From Lytechinus pictus (taxonomy: Eukaryota): a stretch of DNA of 64,000 nucleotides. The notes under the pieces are model-generated. The model saw nothing but the letters and a program-made list of their open reading frames with translations, ran no database searches and was not told the origin of the DNA. How positions within the stretch are numbered: the first letter of the stretch is position 1; each line of letters opens with the position of its first letter. The DNA lies in the NCBI RefSeq assembly GCF_037042905.1, contig NC_087251.1, forward strand, positions 3,350,001 through 3,414,000. Direction: 5' to 3'. Positions 28,756 to 42,064 of the stretch are shown here, in pieces. The position numbers were made by a program, and so were the translations under genes.

Positions 28756-29327
28756 AGGGATGGTTCGGGCTGAAAGTATTTATAGCTAAATAAATAGAAT
28801 TCACTGAGCAAAATGCCGAAAATTTCACAAAAAATCGGATAAAAAATAAAAAAGTTATTGAATTTTAAAGTTAAACAATATTTTGTGAAAAGAGTCGTCA
28901 TGAATATTGATTAGGTGGGCTGATGATGTCACATCCCCACTTGTTCTTTTGTATTTTATTATATGAAATAAGGTTTATTCAAATTTTTTCCTCTAAGAAC
29001 TAGAAAAATTGGATTGACAACTGATTTAGTGCATAAGATATTTATTGCTGCAATTTATTTCATTATAAGGGAGACATTATTCACACAAGTATGAAATAAT
29101 GAAAAAATTATGATTTTATGTAATAACGTAAGAAAACGGAAAGTGGGGATTTGACATCATCAGCCCACCTAATGAATATTCATGACTGTTTTCACAAAAT
29201 ATTGCTATATTTAAACTTCAATAACTTTATTATTTGTTATCCGATTTTGATAAAATTTTCGGCATTTTGCTCAGTGAATTCTACTCTATGTATAAAGATA
29301 TAAATATTTTCAGCCCGGACCATCCGT
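28756..29327. mobile_element. Kolobok/T2-type MITE family C
   Basis: ttaa-agggatggttcgggctgaa ... ttcagcccggaccatcc; related copies at ~2105-2713, 27511-28700, 51876-52395. Confidence 0.82.
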
Positions 29328-30774
29328 TTGAGTGCAATATAAATGTTTCATATTATTAGCAAAACTTTAGTCAGGGAGAACTTCCCCTTCATGCATTAAA
29401 CTAAACCTGCATTTCTTGAATTCCTCAATACTACCAGTATGGTGATTCATGAATTATTCAGGGATACTAATGACATGTCTAGGTTTTTATGTATAATAAA
29501 TGAAGAATAACTCAATTATTTTCACATTACAAATTCAGATGAGTCCCACAGCTTGGCTCTAAATCTCATTAAAACTGACATACAATCCATCTTCTGTGAG
29601 ACTGTGGTTTCTTGTGTTGGATGCAAGGATTTAAAGCAACGATTTTCAGCCAGGAATCCTAATTTTTTGTAATATTTGAAACATGTTTTTTTTGTATATG
29701 AAATCTCATTTACAAGTATCACAGAGTCCCAATATACAGCTTACAAGGTTGAAATAATCCAATTAGTATGCAAAATTCATCAAGAGTTCGATTATAATAC
29801 AAAGTAACTGTAGTACACTTTCTAAATGTATTTAGTCTGAGTTTCCTCAATCTCAAGATTCTGGTCCTATGCAGCAAACAATTATTTCATGAGAAACTAG
29901 AGAAAGTCTTTTAAATAAAGGTTAATTGTCAAAATCTATTCATACATCTAGATCTGGTACATTAATGCAGGGAAGAAATTTAGATTTACAGATTTGAATA
30001 GCATTTTTGGTCATAAGAGAAAAGCTTTCAACTTACATGTAGTAATGTACAGTCCTAGATGTAAAAATATGCTATACAAGAGACTTTATGCTTAGCAGTC
30101 TTTCAAAAATGTGGAGCAAATTGCAATGCGATACCAGGAAAATTATTCCCTGTAATGTAAACTTATCTTTGTAAAAATCATGAAATCTTATTCTCAAAGT
30201 CGATAATTCTGATGATCACTAACACAGAAAAGCATATGTGGGACAGTGTATTAATATTGCTTCGAAAAATACCCGACATTTGATGGAATTCTATGCTTAT
30301 TTTGCTCATTTCTCAGCAATAACACATTTTCTTCCAGAGCTATTTGGCATATATTTTATATATACAATACATACATGTACAAACACTTTGGTGGTTATTT
30401 CATTGGTTTCTGTTCGAACTCATTTGAAATTGTTAACACAACTGGTATTTATCTTAAATCTAGAGATTCAAGATACACTTCCCTGGTAGTACTGTACCCC
30501 TTCTCCACCAGCCTACATGAATTGGGGGGAGGTGGAGATTCTTGTGTGAAATGAGACCTTGGGCTATAGAGCATGAAAGACTGCATGTTTTCATAGCATG
30601 TGTTGGTATGGTAGACAACTACAGTGTAAATTATTCCGAGACAAAACAAGAGTGCATCCCCACCAGCTAATTCATTCATTAAATAGCTGGCTGTTTTAAA
30701 AGAAAAAGAAATTTAGAATTGGGTTTGCAAATTTGATAATAATAGGCACTTGTAAAGCATAATCTATCAAGATA

Positions 30775-31500
30775 TAGGGTGTGTTTATGCGCCACTTTTT
30801 TACCCTTGAATCATGATTTGAATCATGTTTAAATCATGATTCTGCAGAATCACGTTTGCGTTTTAAGTAAAAAGTGAAAATGAACGTCTTTCAAATCACA
30901 AACATGAAACACGGAAAAAGGGTCGTTTGGAAAGACATTTCTGTAGAATCACGAACGAAAAAGGTTGTATAAATGCAATCATGATTTGAATCATAATTCT
31001 ATGACGTCACTGTGTCGGGCTTCTTCCGGTTTGACTATTGCCAAGCTCAAGGCATGCGCTATTATGTGTGCTGTTATGCATGCATTTCTTATCACGTGCA
31101 TTTAACTTCAAGTTCTGTGTTGGTCATCGCATCGTCCACTGCTTTTCATTTTTTTTTGTCATGGCTTGAACATCGAGTTCTAGTCAATGAACTAACCCTG
31201 GTAACTAACTGGACAGACCATGATCTCAGTTGTTGAGGAGTTAACAGGGTCATTGCTGAAACACCATTTACGATAAACAGACAAGATGAGGTATAATCGA
31301 CTGAATTTTGGAAGAAAAAAAGATTGATTTTTTGAGAGCAGAAACATGCGCGAAAAAGTTTACCTATACTTCGGATGTCAAACTGCGCACTGTATCGGCC
31401 CGAATCCGAGGAGAAACAGCATTAGAATATAGGTCGTCTAAACCCTGATTCTGTGGTATTGTGATTTATGTTTAGTGTTATGAATCATGATTCAAATAAT
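30775..31500. mobile_element. AATCATGATT-repeat MITE, copy 1 (right end truncated)
   Basis: Homologous to 33042-33864. Confidence 0.75.
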
Positions 31501-31660
31501 GATCCGATATTGTTCAAGCTTTCACGTATCAACTTGTCTGATTTTTCTGTTTCCTCTAAAACTAATGCAAGTTTTTATTTGGGTTGGATTCCCCTTTTAA
31601 AGACATTAATCTGGCCGAACTATTCACCTTTAAGCCAGAAAAATGTCCTGCTAATTTTTA

Positions 31661-32030
31661 CAGTGTTTACATGCTGCATCGGCTTGCAGTACAGACCCGA
31701 GAGCCAGTGAAAACTCGCCTATTTTATGCCTGTAAATGCGATTAACTTGCACTGGCTCACAATGCAGACAAAGCAATTTTGCTTCGCCAAAATAGAAAGA
31801 TCAGAACCGCGTGCTGGAGCAGACATGGCGATTTTTCTCTGTGTAAACACAAAGCTGATTCTGCACTGGCAATTAGCGTGAGTTTCATGATGTAAATTTA
31901 ATCCACTGATCTGTGTTTTTGCCCCGCGAGCTGGGGCAGCATTTTAAAACGCGATGCAGTATAATCCGCGAGCAGAGTCTGCACCGGCTCTCGGGTCTGC
32001 GCCGCGAGCCGATGCAGCGTGTAAACACGG
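31661..32030. mobile_element. TA-flanked MITE (Tc1/mariner-type TSD)
   Basis: ta-cagtgtttacatgctgcatcggc ... gccgatgcagcgtgtaaacacgg-ta. Confidence 0.78.
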
Positions 32031-33041
32031 TATTTGTCTCCATTACCAGGGTACAACATTATTTTGATCAAGGTAGTCTGACTATCAATAGCAAGGTAAT
32101 TCGAAGACTTGGGCTGGTGCAAATGAGCTTATTGTATACAGTATGTACTTCTACATGTAGTTGACTTGCTCAAATGACATAAATTCAATGCAAAATAGGC
32201 CTACTATGTTGATATTGGTAAAGATTATTTTTTTCATCTGGACAACAAATAATTAGGCCCTACAGGCCTACTGGTATATCAGACCATTTCCTACATTGGA
32301 AAAGAAATGATGTACTGTATATGTACATGTACATCTGACAACCACTTCCATTAACTTTTATGCATACATGCAATCAAACTAATAAGCTGTGAAGACAAGT
32401 CGACTATCCCTTCCATTTGCCATTATGAAGAGGTTAGCTAGAGGCTGGAGAGGGCAATTATAACAGTTGTTAAATTAAAAAAATTTTACCAGTAAGAATC
32501 CACAAATAAAAGTACATACATGTACATGTAGGCCTACATTTTAATTATAGCTGTAATAATCAAGGACATGAAAGTAGATAACTTGAACCATATCACACTA
32601 AATCTAAATTGTGGTTTCAACAGACTGACATTTCTTTCATCTCTGATGCAAATAATCAAAGAAGGTAATGCTCTTATATCATGGAAGTTCATTTGTAGAC
32701 TCTTTCAATAAAAACAATTGTATCAATCATGGTCTAATCATCCGTACATTATCACATATCATGTCATTTGATTGAGAAATATTAAAGGCATTACACCAAG
32801 TATATTTCTCACTAGTTTTTACATACATGTATTTGAGCAAAAAAATGAAATAAAAAGATAAACATCCATATAAAACTAGAGATCAGGTCTACTTTTTAAT
32901 AAATGACACAAATTATTCATTTAATCACATCCATGTAAATTAACTGAACTAGTGCCCAACAAAATGCCCCAAATTATGATATAACCTTTATAGCTGAAGT
33001 ACATTCAACTTTATGTAGTGAGCTGGTACAGGTACATCACA

Positions 33042-33864
33042 TAGGGTGCGTTTATCCGCCACTTTTTTACCCTAGAATCATGATCTGAATCATGATTCAA
33101 ATCATGATTCTGCAGAATCACGATTGCGTTTAGTCGAAATTGAATATAATCATGATTAGAATCACAAACATGAAACACGAAAAAAGGGGCGTTTGGAAAG
33201 ACGTTTCTGCAGAATCACGTACGAAAATGTTCGAATAAACGATATCGTGATTTGAATCATGATTATATATGACCTCACATGTGTCGGGCTACTTTCGGTT
33301 TGACTCTTGCCAAGCTCCAAGGCTCTCTATATGCTCATTGTATGTACATGATTACTCTGCATGCATTTCTTGTCATGTTCAAGTTCTGTGTTGGTCATCG
33401 CATCGTCCACTACTTTTCATTTTTTGGTCATGTCTTCAACTTCAAGTTCTAGTAAATGAATTAACTGGACAGACAATGATCTCAGTTGTTGTTGAGTATA
33501 GAGTGTCAATATTAAATTGGATCTACGCTGAAATTCACTTCCGAACACCATTTTGGATAAACTAACAAGATGAATAGAAGCATATGGACCCTATATGATA
33601 GAATTAAACAAAATTAGGTATAGACTGAATTCTGGAAGCAACAGATTTTTCGAGAGCCGAAACACGTGCGAAAAACTTCCTCTGTCAAACTGCGCACTAG
33701 TGATGCGCACTGGATTGGCCCGAATCTGAGGAGAAACAGCATTGGAATGAAGGTCGTCTAAACGCTGATTCTGTGATATCGTGATTCATGTTTGTGTTTT
33801 GAATCATGATTCAAATCATGATTCAAATCATGATTCTGGATTGAGGTCGCATAAACGCAGCCTA
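33042..33864. mobile_element. AATCATGATT-repeat MITE, copy 2
   Basis: tagggtgcgtttat ... ataaacgcagccta termini; subterminal aatcatgatt palindromic repeats. Confidence 0.82.
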
Positions 33865-34190
33865 AATATACATGTTTGGTCCACCAGCTGATCTGCCTTA
33901 CCATAACATGCCAAATGTCATGAAGATTGAATTAAAATCTCTGGATATGGTGACCTTTCAACATCAGCAGCAAGCCAGCAGCAACCACGATGTGTAGACA
34001 GTATTCACATACACATGTGCATTTACAATTTACATAATCAGATCTCAAATTCATAATCAGATTGGGTCCTGCTTGTTATGCTAATTTCTACATGTTTCTG
34101 TATAACTGTCTACTGGTAACTTGCAGCCTTGCATCCTACATAAATAGTACATACATGTATGCCTACATGTAGCAAACAGAGAGTCTTTCT

Positions 34191-34715
34191 TAGGGTGCGT
34201 TTATCCGCCACTTTTTTACCCTATAATCATGATTCCAATCATGATTCAAATCACGATTCTGCAGAATCACGATTGCGTTTAGTCGAAATTGAATATAATC
34301 ATGATTAGAATCACAAACATGAACTACGAAAAAAAGGGCGTTTGGAAAGACGTTTCTGCAGAATCACGTACGAAAATGTTCGGATAAACGATATCGTGAT
34401 TTGAATCATGATTATATGACGTCATTGTGTCGAGCTATTTCCGGTTCTTGCCAAGGCGCGCGCCCCACGTTGTCACATCACATGTACGTCGCCGACCTCC
34501 AATTAAGTGTCCAACGTTGACCTATACTTCCTGGGTCAAACTGCGCACTGTGATGCGCACTGGATCGGTCCGAATCCGAGGAGAAACAGCGTTGGAACGA
34601 AGGTCGTCTAAACCCTGATTCTGTAGTAATTGTGATTCATGTTTGTGATTTGAATCATGATTCCAATCATGATTCAAATCACGATTCTGGCTTGAGGTCG
34701 GATAAACGCAGCCTA
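34191..34715. mobile_element. AATCATGATT-repeat MITE, copy 3 (shorter core)
   Basis: tagggtgcgtttatccg ... cggataaacgcagccta. Confidence 0.82.
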
Positions 34716-34982
34716 AAAGTCACTCTCAAAGTACAAACAGCTTTATGAAACGGCCCCCTGGGTGGTTTACAGGAAAGATACATGTATAGTTTAGGCCTGT
34801 ATGTTCATGTATGTTTGAAGCCTACATGTACACAAAGTCATGAACACAACTCAATACTCAGTAGGCCTAAAATACATGCTTCCAAAATTACATCATTCTT
34901 ATAACTTTTTTTGTTTTCCATAGAATGTACTAGCTTTAAAATTAAACTAAATTTTGTCTTCTGTCGAGTGAAAATTAATGAA

Positions 34983-35960
34983 AAGTGGAATGCCTCTGGC
35001 GGTCTCACCTGCATCACGCGATTCAGTATAGCAGTGCTGACTTTGAAAACTACTATAACTTGCACAAGATGTTCAGTGATACTTGGTTACTCTTATGTAC
35101 ACGTTTTATGAACTAGACCAATACACAGTTTACAGAGATATGATGGTAATTCAACAAATGCAACCAACATGGCCAAAGTTCATTGACCTTACAATGACCT
35201 TTGACCTTGAACATGTGACCTAAAACTCGCACAGGATGTTCAGTGATACTTGATTACTCTTATGTCCAAGTTTTATGAACTAGACCAATATACTTTCAAA
35301 GTTATGATGGTAATTCAACAAATACCCCCAATTCGTCCAAAGTTCATTGACCCTAAATGACCTTTGACCTTGGTCACGTGACGTGAAACTCGTGCAGGAT
35401 GTTCAGTGATACTTGATTAACCTTATGTCCAAGCTTCATGAACTAAGTCCATATACTTTCTAATTTATGATGACATTTCAAAAACTTAACCTTAGGTTAA
35501 GATTTTGATGTTGATTCCCCCAACATGGTCTAAGTTCATTGACCCTAAATGACCTTTGACCTTAATCATGTGACATGAAACTCAGGCAGGATGTTCAGTG
35601 ATACTTGATTAACCTTATGTCCAAGTTTCATGAACTAAGTCCATATATTTTTCTAAGTTATGATGACATTTCAAAAACTTAACCTGAGGTTAAGATTTTG
35701 ATGTTGATTCCCCCAACATGGTCTAAGTTCATTGACCCTAAATGACCTTTGACCTTAATCATGTGTCATGAAACTCAGGCAGGATGTTAAGTAATACTTG
35801 ATTAACCTTATGGCCAAGTTTCTTGAATTAGGTCCATATACTTTTTAAGTTATGTTGTCATTTAAAAAATTTAACCTTTGGTTAAAATTTGGTGTTGACG
35901 CCGCCGCCGTCGGAAAAGCGGCGCCTTTAGTCTCACTCTGCTATGCAGATGAGACAAAAA
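34983..35960 (+). mobile_element. Pearl/Tsp/HINE-like tandem-repeat element (best preserved)
   Basis: subTIR gtctcacctgcat / atgcagatgagac, (gcc)n, terminal hairpin, internal tandem array. Confidence 0.82.
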
Positions 35961-36127
35961 TATGGTAAAACAAGAATTGAATATAAAAAAAGTCAGCAGC
36001 AAAATCATGACAATGACCTAGTTTGGCAAAAAAGAATGTTTTATTTCCAGAATAAGAAATGTCTGTTTTCAGGGGCTATTTTACTTTCACATTGGGTTGA
36101 TTGTTGAATTTGGAGACGATTTCTTAA

Positions 36128-36717
36128 AGGACAAGTCAACCCCAACAAAAAGTTGATTTGAATAAAAAGAGAAAAATCCAACAAGCATAACAATGAAAAT
36201 TTCATCAAAATCGGATGTAAAATAAGAAAGTTATGACATTTTAAAGTTTCGCTTAATTTCACAAAACAGTTATATGCACATCCTGGCTGGTATGCAAATG
36301 AGGAGACAATGACGTCATCCACTCACTATTTCTTTTGTATTTTATTATATGAAATATTCTAATTTTCTCCTCATTGTCAAGTGATACAACGATTAATTCC
36401 TCCCTGAACATGTGGAATTAACATTGTTTAATACTATATGGTTCAGTCAAGTTGGTCCGTATTGTCAAATCTAGAAAAAATGAAATATTGTATAATTCAA
36501 ACAATAAAAAACAAAAGAAATAGTGAGTGATGGACATCATCGACTGGCTCACCGAGCTGTGCATATCACTGTTTTGTGAAAAATAAGCGAAACTTTAAAA
36601 TGTCTTAACTTTCTTATTATACATCTGATTTTGATGAAATTTTCAGCACTACATGTATGCTAGTTTGATTTTTCTCTATTTATTCTGGTTAGCATTTTCC
36701 TGAGGTGGACTTGACCT
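36128..36717. mobile_element. Kolobok/T2-type MITE family A (reverse orientation)
   Basis: ttaa-aggacaagtc ... ggtggacttgacct-ttaa. Confidence 0.88.
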
Positions 36718-38134
36718 TTAAGGGCTACTTTTTTTAACAGCAGGCAATGAAACAATAAATGAAAATATTTGGTCTATAATGGCGGATATAGAATACTGAA
36801 ATATTCTTGAATATGCCTTCAGCCCCCTAATTGAATGCTTGGGGTAACTCTTTAAGTTGCCCCAAGCATTCAATTAGGGGGGGGTTAGGGGTGATTTGAG
36901 CTGTCATGAGGGCAATTTGCCTGTTGCCCTCAAATATTTCTCATGCTGCTTTATTCTCTGTTTAACATGACAAATTACATAATCATCTATTTAAAAAAAA
37001 TGAATCGATCATTATTGAAGCAAACAGTTGACGTATTGTTCATGTTTACACAGTTACAAGTCTGACATCTGGCCTTGGTAAATTGCATTATTCTGGTTTT
37101 CCCATCACTCACTGGGTGGACTACCATACTGTTTACTTTGTGTACACTATATTATTCATTATGAGTCATGATATTCAAAGAATGTTTGATTGCTACTTCA
37201 TCACCTTGCTTGGACAATACCAGGAGCATAGATCATTTGTGCTATTTCAACATTCTTGGTGGACAAAAACTGAATAAACATTATTCTTATAAGAAAATAC
37301 AAAAGAGTAAGTGAAAAATTGCATCCTCATTTGCTCATTGCATATTAATGAGGACATGCTAGAAGTTACCATATAACTGTTTCAATGAAATGATGCAAAA
37401 CTTGAATTGTCATGCATGTACATGTACATGTACAGTGTATTAACTTTGTTACCTTGTGACATATTCCTCATCCAATATATTCAATGAAATGTTCAGTGTT
37501 TTGTTTGATTTTATGCTATCTATTTCAAATTGCATAATTTTCAGCCTGTTGTACCCATTTTATTTCTATCTATTTAAATAAATACTAGTACTGGTACATT
37601 CAAAGGTGAACAGGAGAAAAATTCACAAGAGTATATTGATTAAATTTGGACAATATTACCTTTCAAATTCAGGAAGAAATAATGAATATCATGAGTTTTA
37701 TCAATCGTTTTAGAGGACATTAATTATCAGCTATCATAAAATGAATACCATCAATAAATTATAATGACCCTTTAAGGCCGGGTAAGATTATCTTACAATA
37801 AACCAAAGTTCAATGTTAAGTTCACAGTTTTAGGTGACACTTACTGGCTTTATAGAACTTGACTAGAAACTGATACTTACAATATCTACACAATATTTGA
37901 ATTACTATGTTGTAAGTACTATCAATTGGCATTTCCTTTTGAAAGTTTCTTTATCACGTGTGGGATTACACTGTCTATGTACACTTACATTGTACAACAG
38001 ACACATATTCAGTATAAAAGCTACAATGTACATGACAACTTGAAAATTCTATAGATCTATATGTATATACATGTATCTCAAATTTGTTTTGAATAATATG
38101 AAGATCATAACCCAAGAAGAAGACAAAAAGAAAC

Positions 38135-39036
38135 AAGTGAAATGCCTCTGGCAGTCTTGCCTGTATTACGTGATTCGATATATAGCAGTAGTGCTGACTT
38201 TGAGACGGCTATTGAATAATTATTCACAAAAGAAAACATACATATGATAATAAAATACTATGTCCACTGACCCAAAATGACCTTTTAACATGATCATGTG
38301 ATCTAAAATGTGTGCAAAACAATAATTTATACTTGATTACCCTTATGTCTGTTTCATGAACTAGATCCATAAACTTTCAAAATTACAATGGTCATTAAAA
38401 AAAACCCAACATGGCCAAAGTTCATTGACCCTAAATGACTTTTGACCTTAGTCATGTGACCTGAAACTCGCACAGGGTGTTCAGTGATACTTGATTACTC
38501 TTATGTCCAAGTTTTATGAACTACATGTAGCTCCATAAAGATTTAAAGTTACAATGGAAGTTGAACAAATACCCCTATCATGCCCAAAGTTCATTGACCC
38601 TAAATTAGTTACTGACCTTTGACCTTGGTCATATGACCTGAAACTCAGGCAGGATCTTCAGTGATACTTTATGTGTAAATTTTCATGAATTAGGTTCATA
38701 TACTTTCTAAGTTACAGTGTATGATGATATTTCAAAAACTGAACCTTAGGTTAAGATTTCAATACTGATTCCCCAAACATGGTCTAAAATGTAAATGACC
38801 TTTGACCTTGGTCATGTAACCTGAAACCAAGGCAGGGTGTTCAGTAATACTTGATTACCCTTATATCTAAGTTTCATGAACTACATGTACATGTAGGTCC
38901 ATCCATACTTAAATTCTAAGTTATGTCATTTCAAAAACTTAACCTTAGGTTAAGATTTGATGTTGACGCCGCCGCCGCTGCTGCCGTAAAAAAACGGAGC
39001 CTTTAGTCTTGCTCTGCTATGCAGGTGAGACAAAAA
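38135..39036 (+). mobile_element. Pearl/Tsp/HINE-like tandem-repeat element
   Basis: Same family as 34983-35960. Confidence 0.78.
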
Positions 39037-41095
39037 TCATACTCAGCAACAGATTGAAAATGAAAAGTCTTCATTAAGAAACATCAACATTCCAATCAAT
39101 TTGTAATTCGATAATTATTTCTCTATATACTGCATGATGGAGGTAGACCTAAGACATAGTAAAAACATTGTTGAGAAATTATGTTATGAAAATCTACAGT
39201 TAAGCCTATGGCATAATTCTTGAGCACTAAAATGGATGCAAAATAAACAACAGTATAAATGCCAATGTCACAAAAACATGTAGGCCTACATCAGCATGAA
39301 ATACTCATTTATGATACGCCTACGGTAACGCACACCATCCTAGTTTGCTCTTATCAACATTAGTTTGATCTGTCTCCTTCATCATGGACAAATGATCATA
39401 TGCATATTAGAAATAAATTCATGGTACATAGCAAAGGTTGTCTGATACATTTACACTGTATATATATTTATCTTTGAATCTGTCAGGACTGAATGAATGA
39501 TAGTAATGAGGAGTACTCACCCTCCTATTAAACACGGTTCATTGATCAAACAAATCAAGTGATGAGTAAATGATAATCCTATTTCAACACCTAAGATTGA
39601 AAATTGGTTTTCTTTAATCCAAGCATTCAAGCATCCAAAAATAATCCTCTCCTCCTCTGAAAGCCAACATACCATGTACACCAATACCACTGAAAGTGAA
39701 AAGCAGATGTAGCATCTGTATGGGTTGGACTACATCCGCTTGGTTCCTTCGCCTCACTGTAATAACCTGCACATCATACCAGCCACGCACATTTGTGCAA
39801 GGAGACAAAAACTTGCTTCTGTGCGTGCTGTGCCATAATGTAAATACCATAAGTGAACCGACGGATGGATGGTGTATCCATACATACATTTACAGAGTAG
39901 TCAATGAAAAGAGAGTGAGGCTGAGAGACTCATTGTAAAGGCCTTCTCTGTTTTGTATACAAGGCATTGAGAGAGTTCACAATGAAACAATGAAATATTG
40001 ATTGGCCAGCAGTACACCCAACACAAATTGGCCTTCCATATTGCAAGTGTTTGGAATACAAACATATCTGGAAAAGGTGTCCTTGCAATTCCTTCACAGC
40101 AAGAAATAAATTGGAACTGATTTATATTGGAAAGGTTTCCCATGAATGTTTGTCTTTACAAATGACACATATCATTACCAAGCCTTGATCAGTCCATAAG
40201 CAATTCATGCCTTGTTACCTATTTTGCTGTCAATATGAATAATTATGGCATTCATTCAAAAAGTGACATATCAAATAAATTTGTAATATTTTAAATTTCA
40301 TATTTTCTAGAGAACATGAAATAACAATTAACATTGTAACAATTACATGAGTTCTCATCCATAACAATTTAGGCATTTACGTACAAGTAGATTGAAAGTA
40401 CATGTATATTATCAGATGGTGGTGCTATGGGGGGATAGGGGCTATGACTTTCAAGTAGTACAAAAAAGAACAAGAGAAATGAAGGAAAAAGTCCGTCAAA
40501 AACAGAGGTCTGGGTAATATATTTACCCATTCAATCGAGAATAAAATATCGACTTTAATGATATGTTTTGGTCTTGCCACCTCCAATCAAATTGCTCCAG
40601 CACCACCCTGTTTACAATTACACATTTATTCAATATGCTGTAGGTTTATATGTGTGTGCGTAAGCATGGATCTACTACTCTGACAGATAGTTCTATGGTG
40701 TAAGCAAGGGAAATGATGAACTACAGCATGTACATGTAAACAATGATAGTAAGTTAGGTCATGAAATATTCATGTGAAGCATTCATAATTTATGACTGAG
40801 TAGAAACAGCTCATATGCACTTGTTAATGGTACCAGCAAACATTCCCTGGCAGCAAATCAGTCATGTTAATACAATCTACATTATACCTCAGCTTCACAT
40901 TCGTTGAAAATAATCTATTAATATGATCACTTTGCAATAGTAGTAGGTCCATGGTAGCAAATAGAGCCATCATAAAATTAGATTGGAGATAACTTATATG
41001 AATGCTGTTTTCTCAATGTACATGACATGAACTACATGTACATGTACATGGAGGAGCCTCAAGGTATAAAATTAATTAACAACTCCTACAATGTA

Positions 41096-42064
41096 CCGTG
41101 TTTACATGCTGCATCGGCTTTTTTGTTGCGTGTAAACGCGATAAACTTGCATCGGCTCTCGGTGCAGAATCTGCAATTTTGCACCACCAAAGTAGTAGGT
41201 TCAGAACCACGAACCGATGCAGAATCGACAATTGGCGCCATTTCATTTACTTTACCATTATGACGTACTTGTAAGCACAAGGATCCAGCGTTGTCTTTAA
41301 AGGTCAAGTCCACCCCAACAAAATGTTGATTTGAATCAATAGAGAAAAATCAGACAAGCACAATGCTGAAAATTTCATCAAAATCGGATGTAAAATAAGA
41401 AGGTTATGACATTTCAAAGTTTCGCTTATTTTTAACAAAATAGTAATATGAACGAGCCAGTTACATCGAAATTAGAGAGTCGATGATGTCACTCACTCAC
41501 TATTTCTTTTGTTTTTTATTGTTTGAATTACACAATATTTCAATTTTTACGAATTTGACCTCCTTGCCTGAACCACAAAATGTTAAAATAATGGAATTCC
41601 ACGTATTCAGGGAGGAATGAAACTTCATTTCACATGACAATGACGAGAAAATCAAAATATTTCATAATTCATATAATAAAATACAAAAGAAATAGTGAGT
41701 GAGTGATGTCATCAGTTCCCTCATTTGCATACCGACCGGGATGTGCAAATAACTCTTTTGTGAAATGAAACAAAACTTTAAAATGTCATAACTTTCTTAT
41801 TTTACATCCGATTTTGATGAAATTTTCAGTGTTATGCTTGTTGAATTTTTCTCTTTTTATTCGAATCAAGTTTTTGTTGGGGTGGACTTGTCCTTTAATA
41901 TGACGTATACTGTTGGTGCGTGAATCATTTCAGGTTTTTGCCTCGCAAGCCGATTCTGCACCGCATGCTGTGACAGCGTGTAAACGCGGTGCAAGATAAA
42001 CCAAAAGCCAATTCTACATTGGCGTTTGGTTCTGAACCAAAAGCCAGTGCACGTGTAAACACGG
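41096..42064. mobile_element. Same TA-flanked MITE family, hosting the 41301 element
   Basis: ta-ccgtgtttaca ... tgtaaacacgg-ta. Confidence 0.78.
41301..41894. mobile_element. Kolobok/T2-type MITE family A
   Basis: TTAA TSD, TIRs; closely similar to 7222-7824. Confidence 0.88.

Noticed and set aside
34983..35960. CRISPR-like regular repeats
   Set aside because: Eukaryotic context; inter-repeat sequence is also repeated, with no unique spacers or cas genes.
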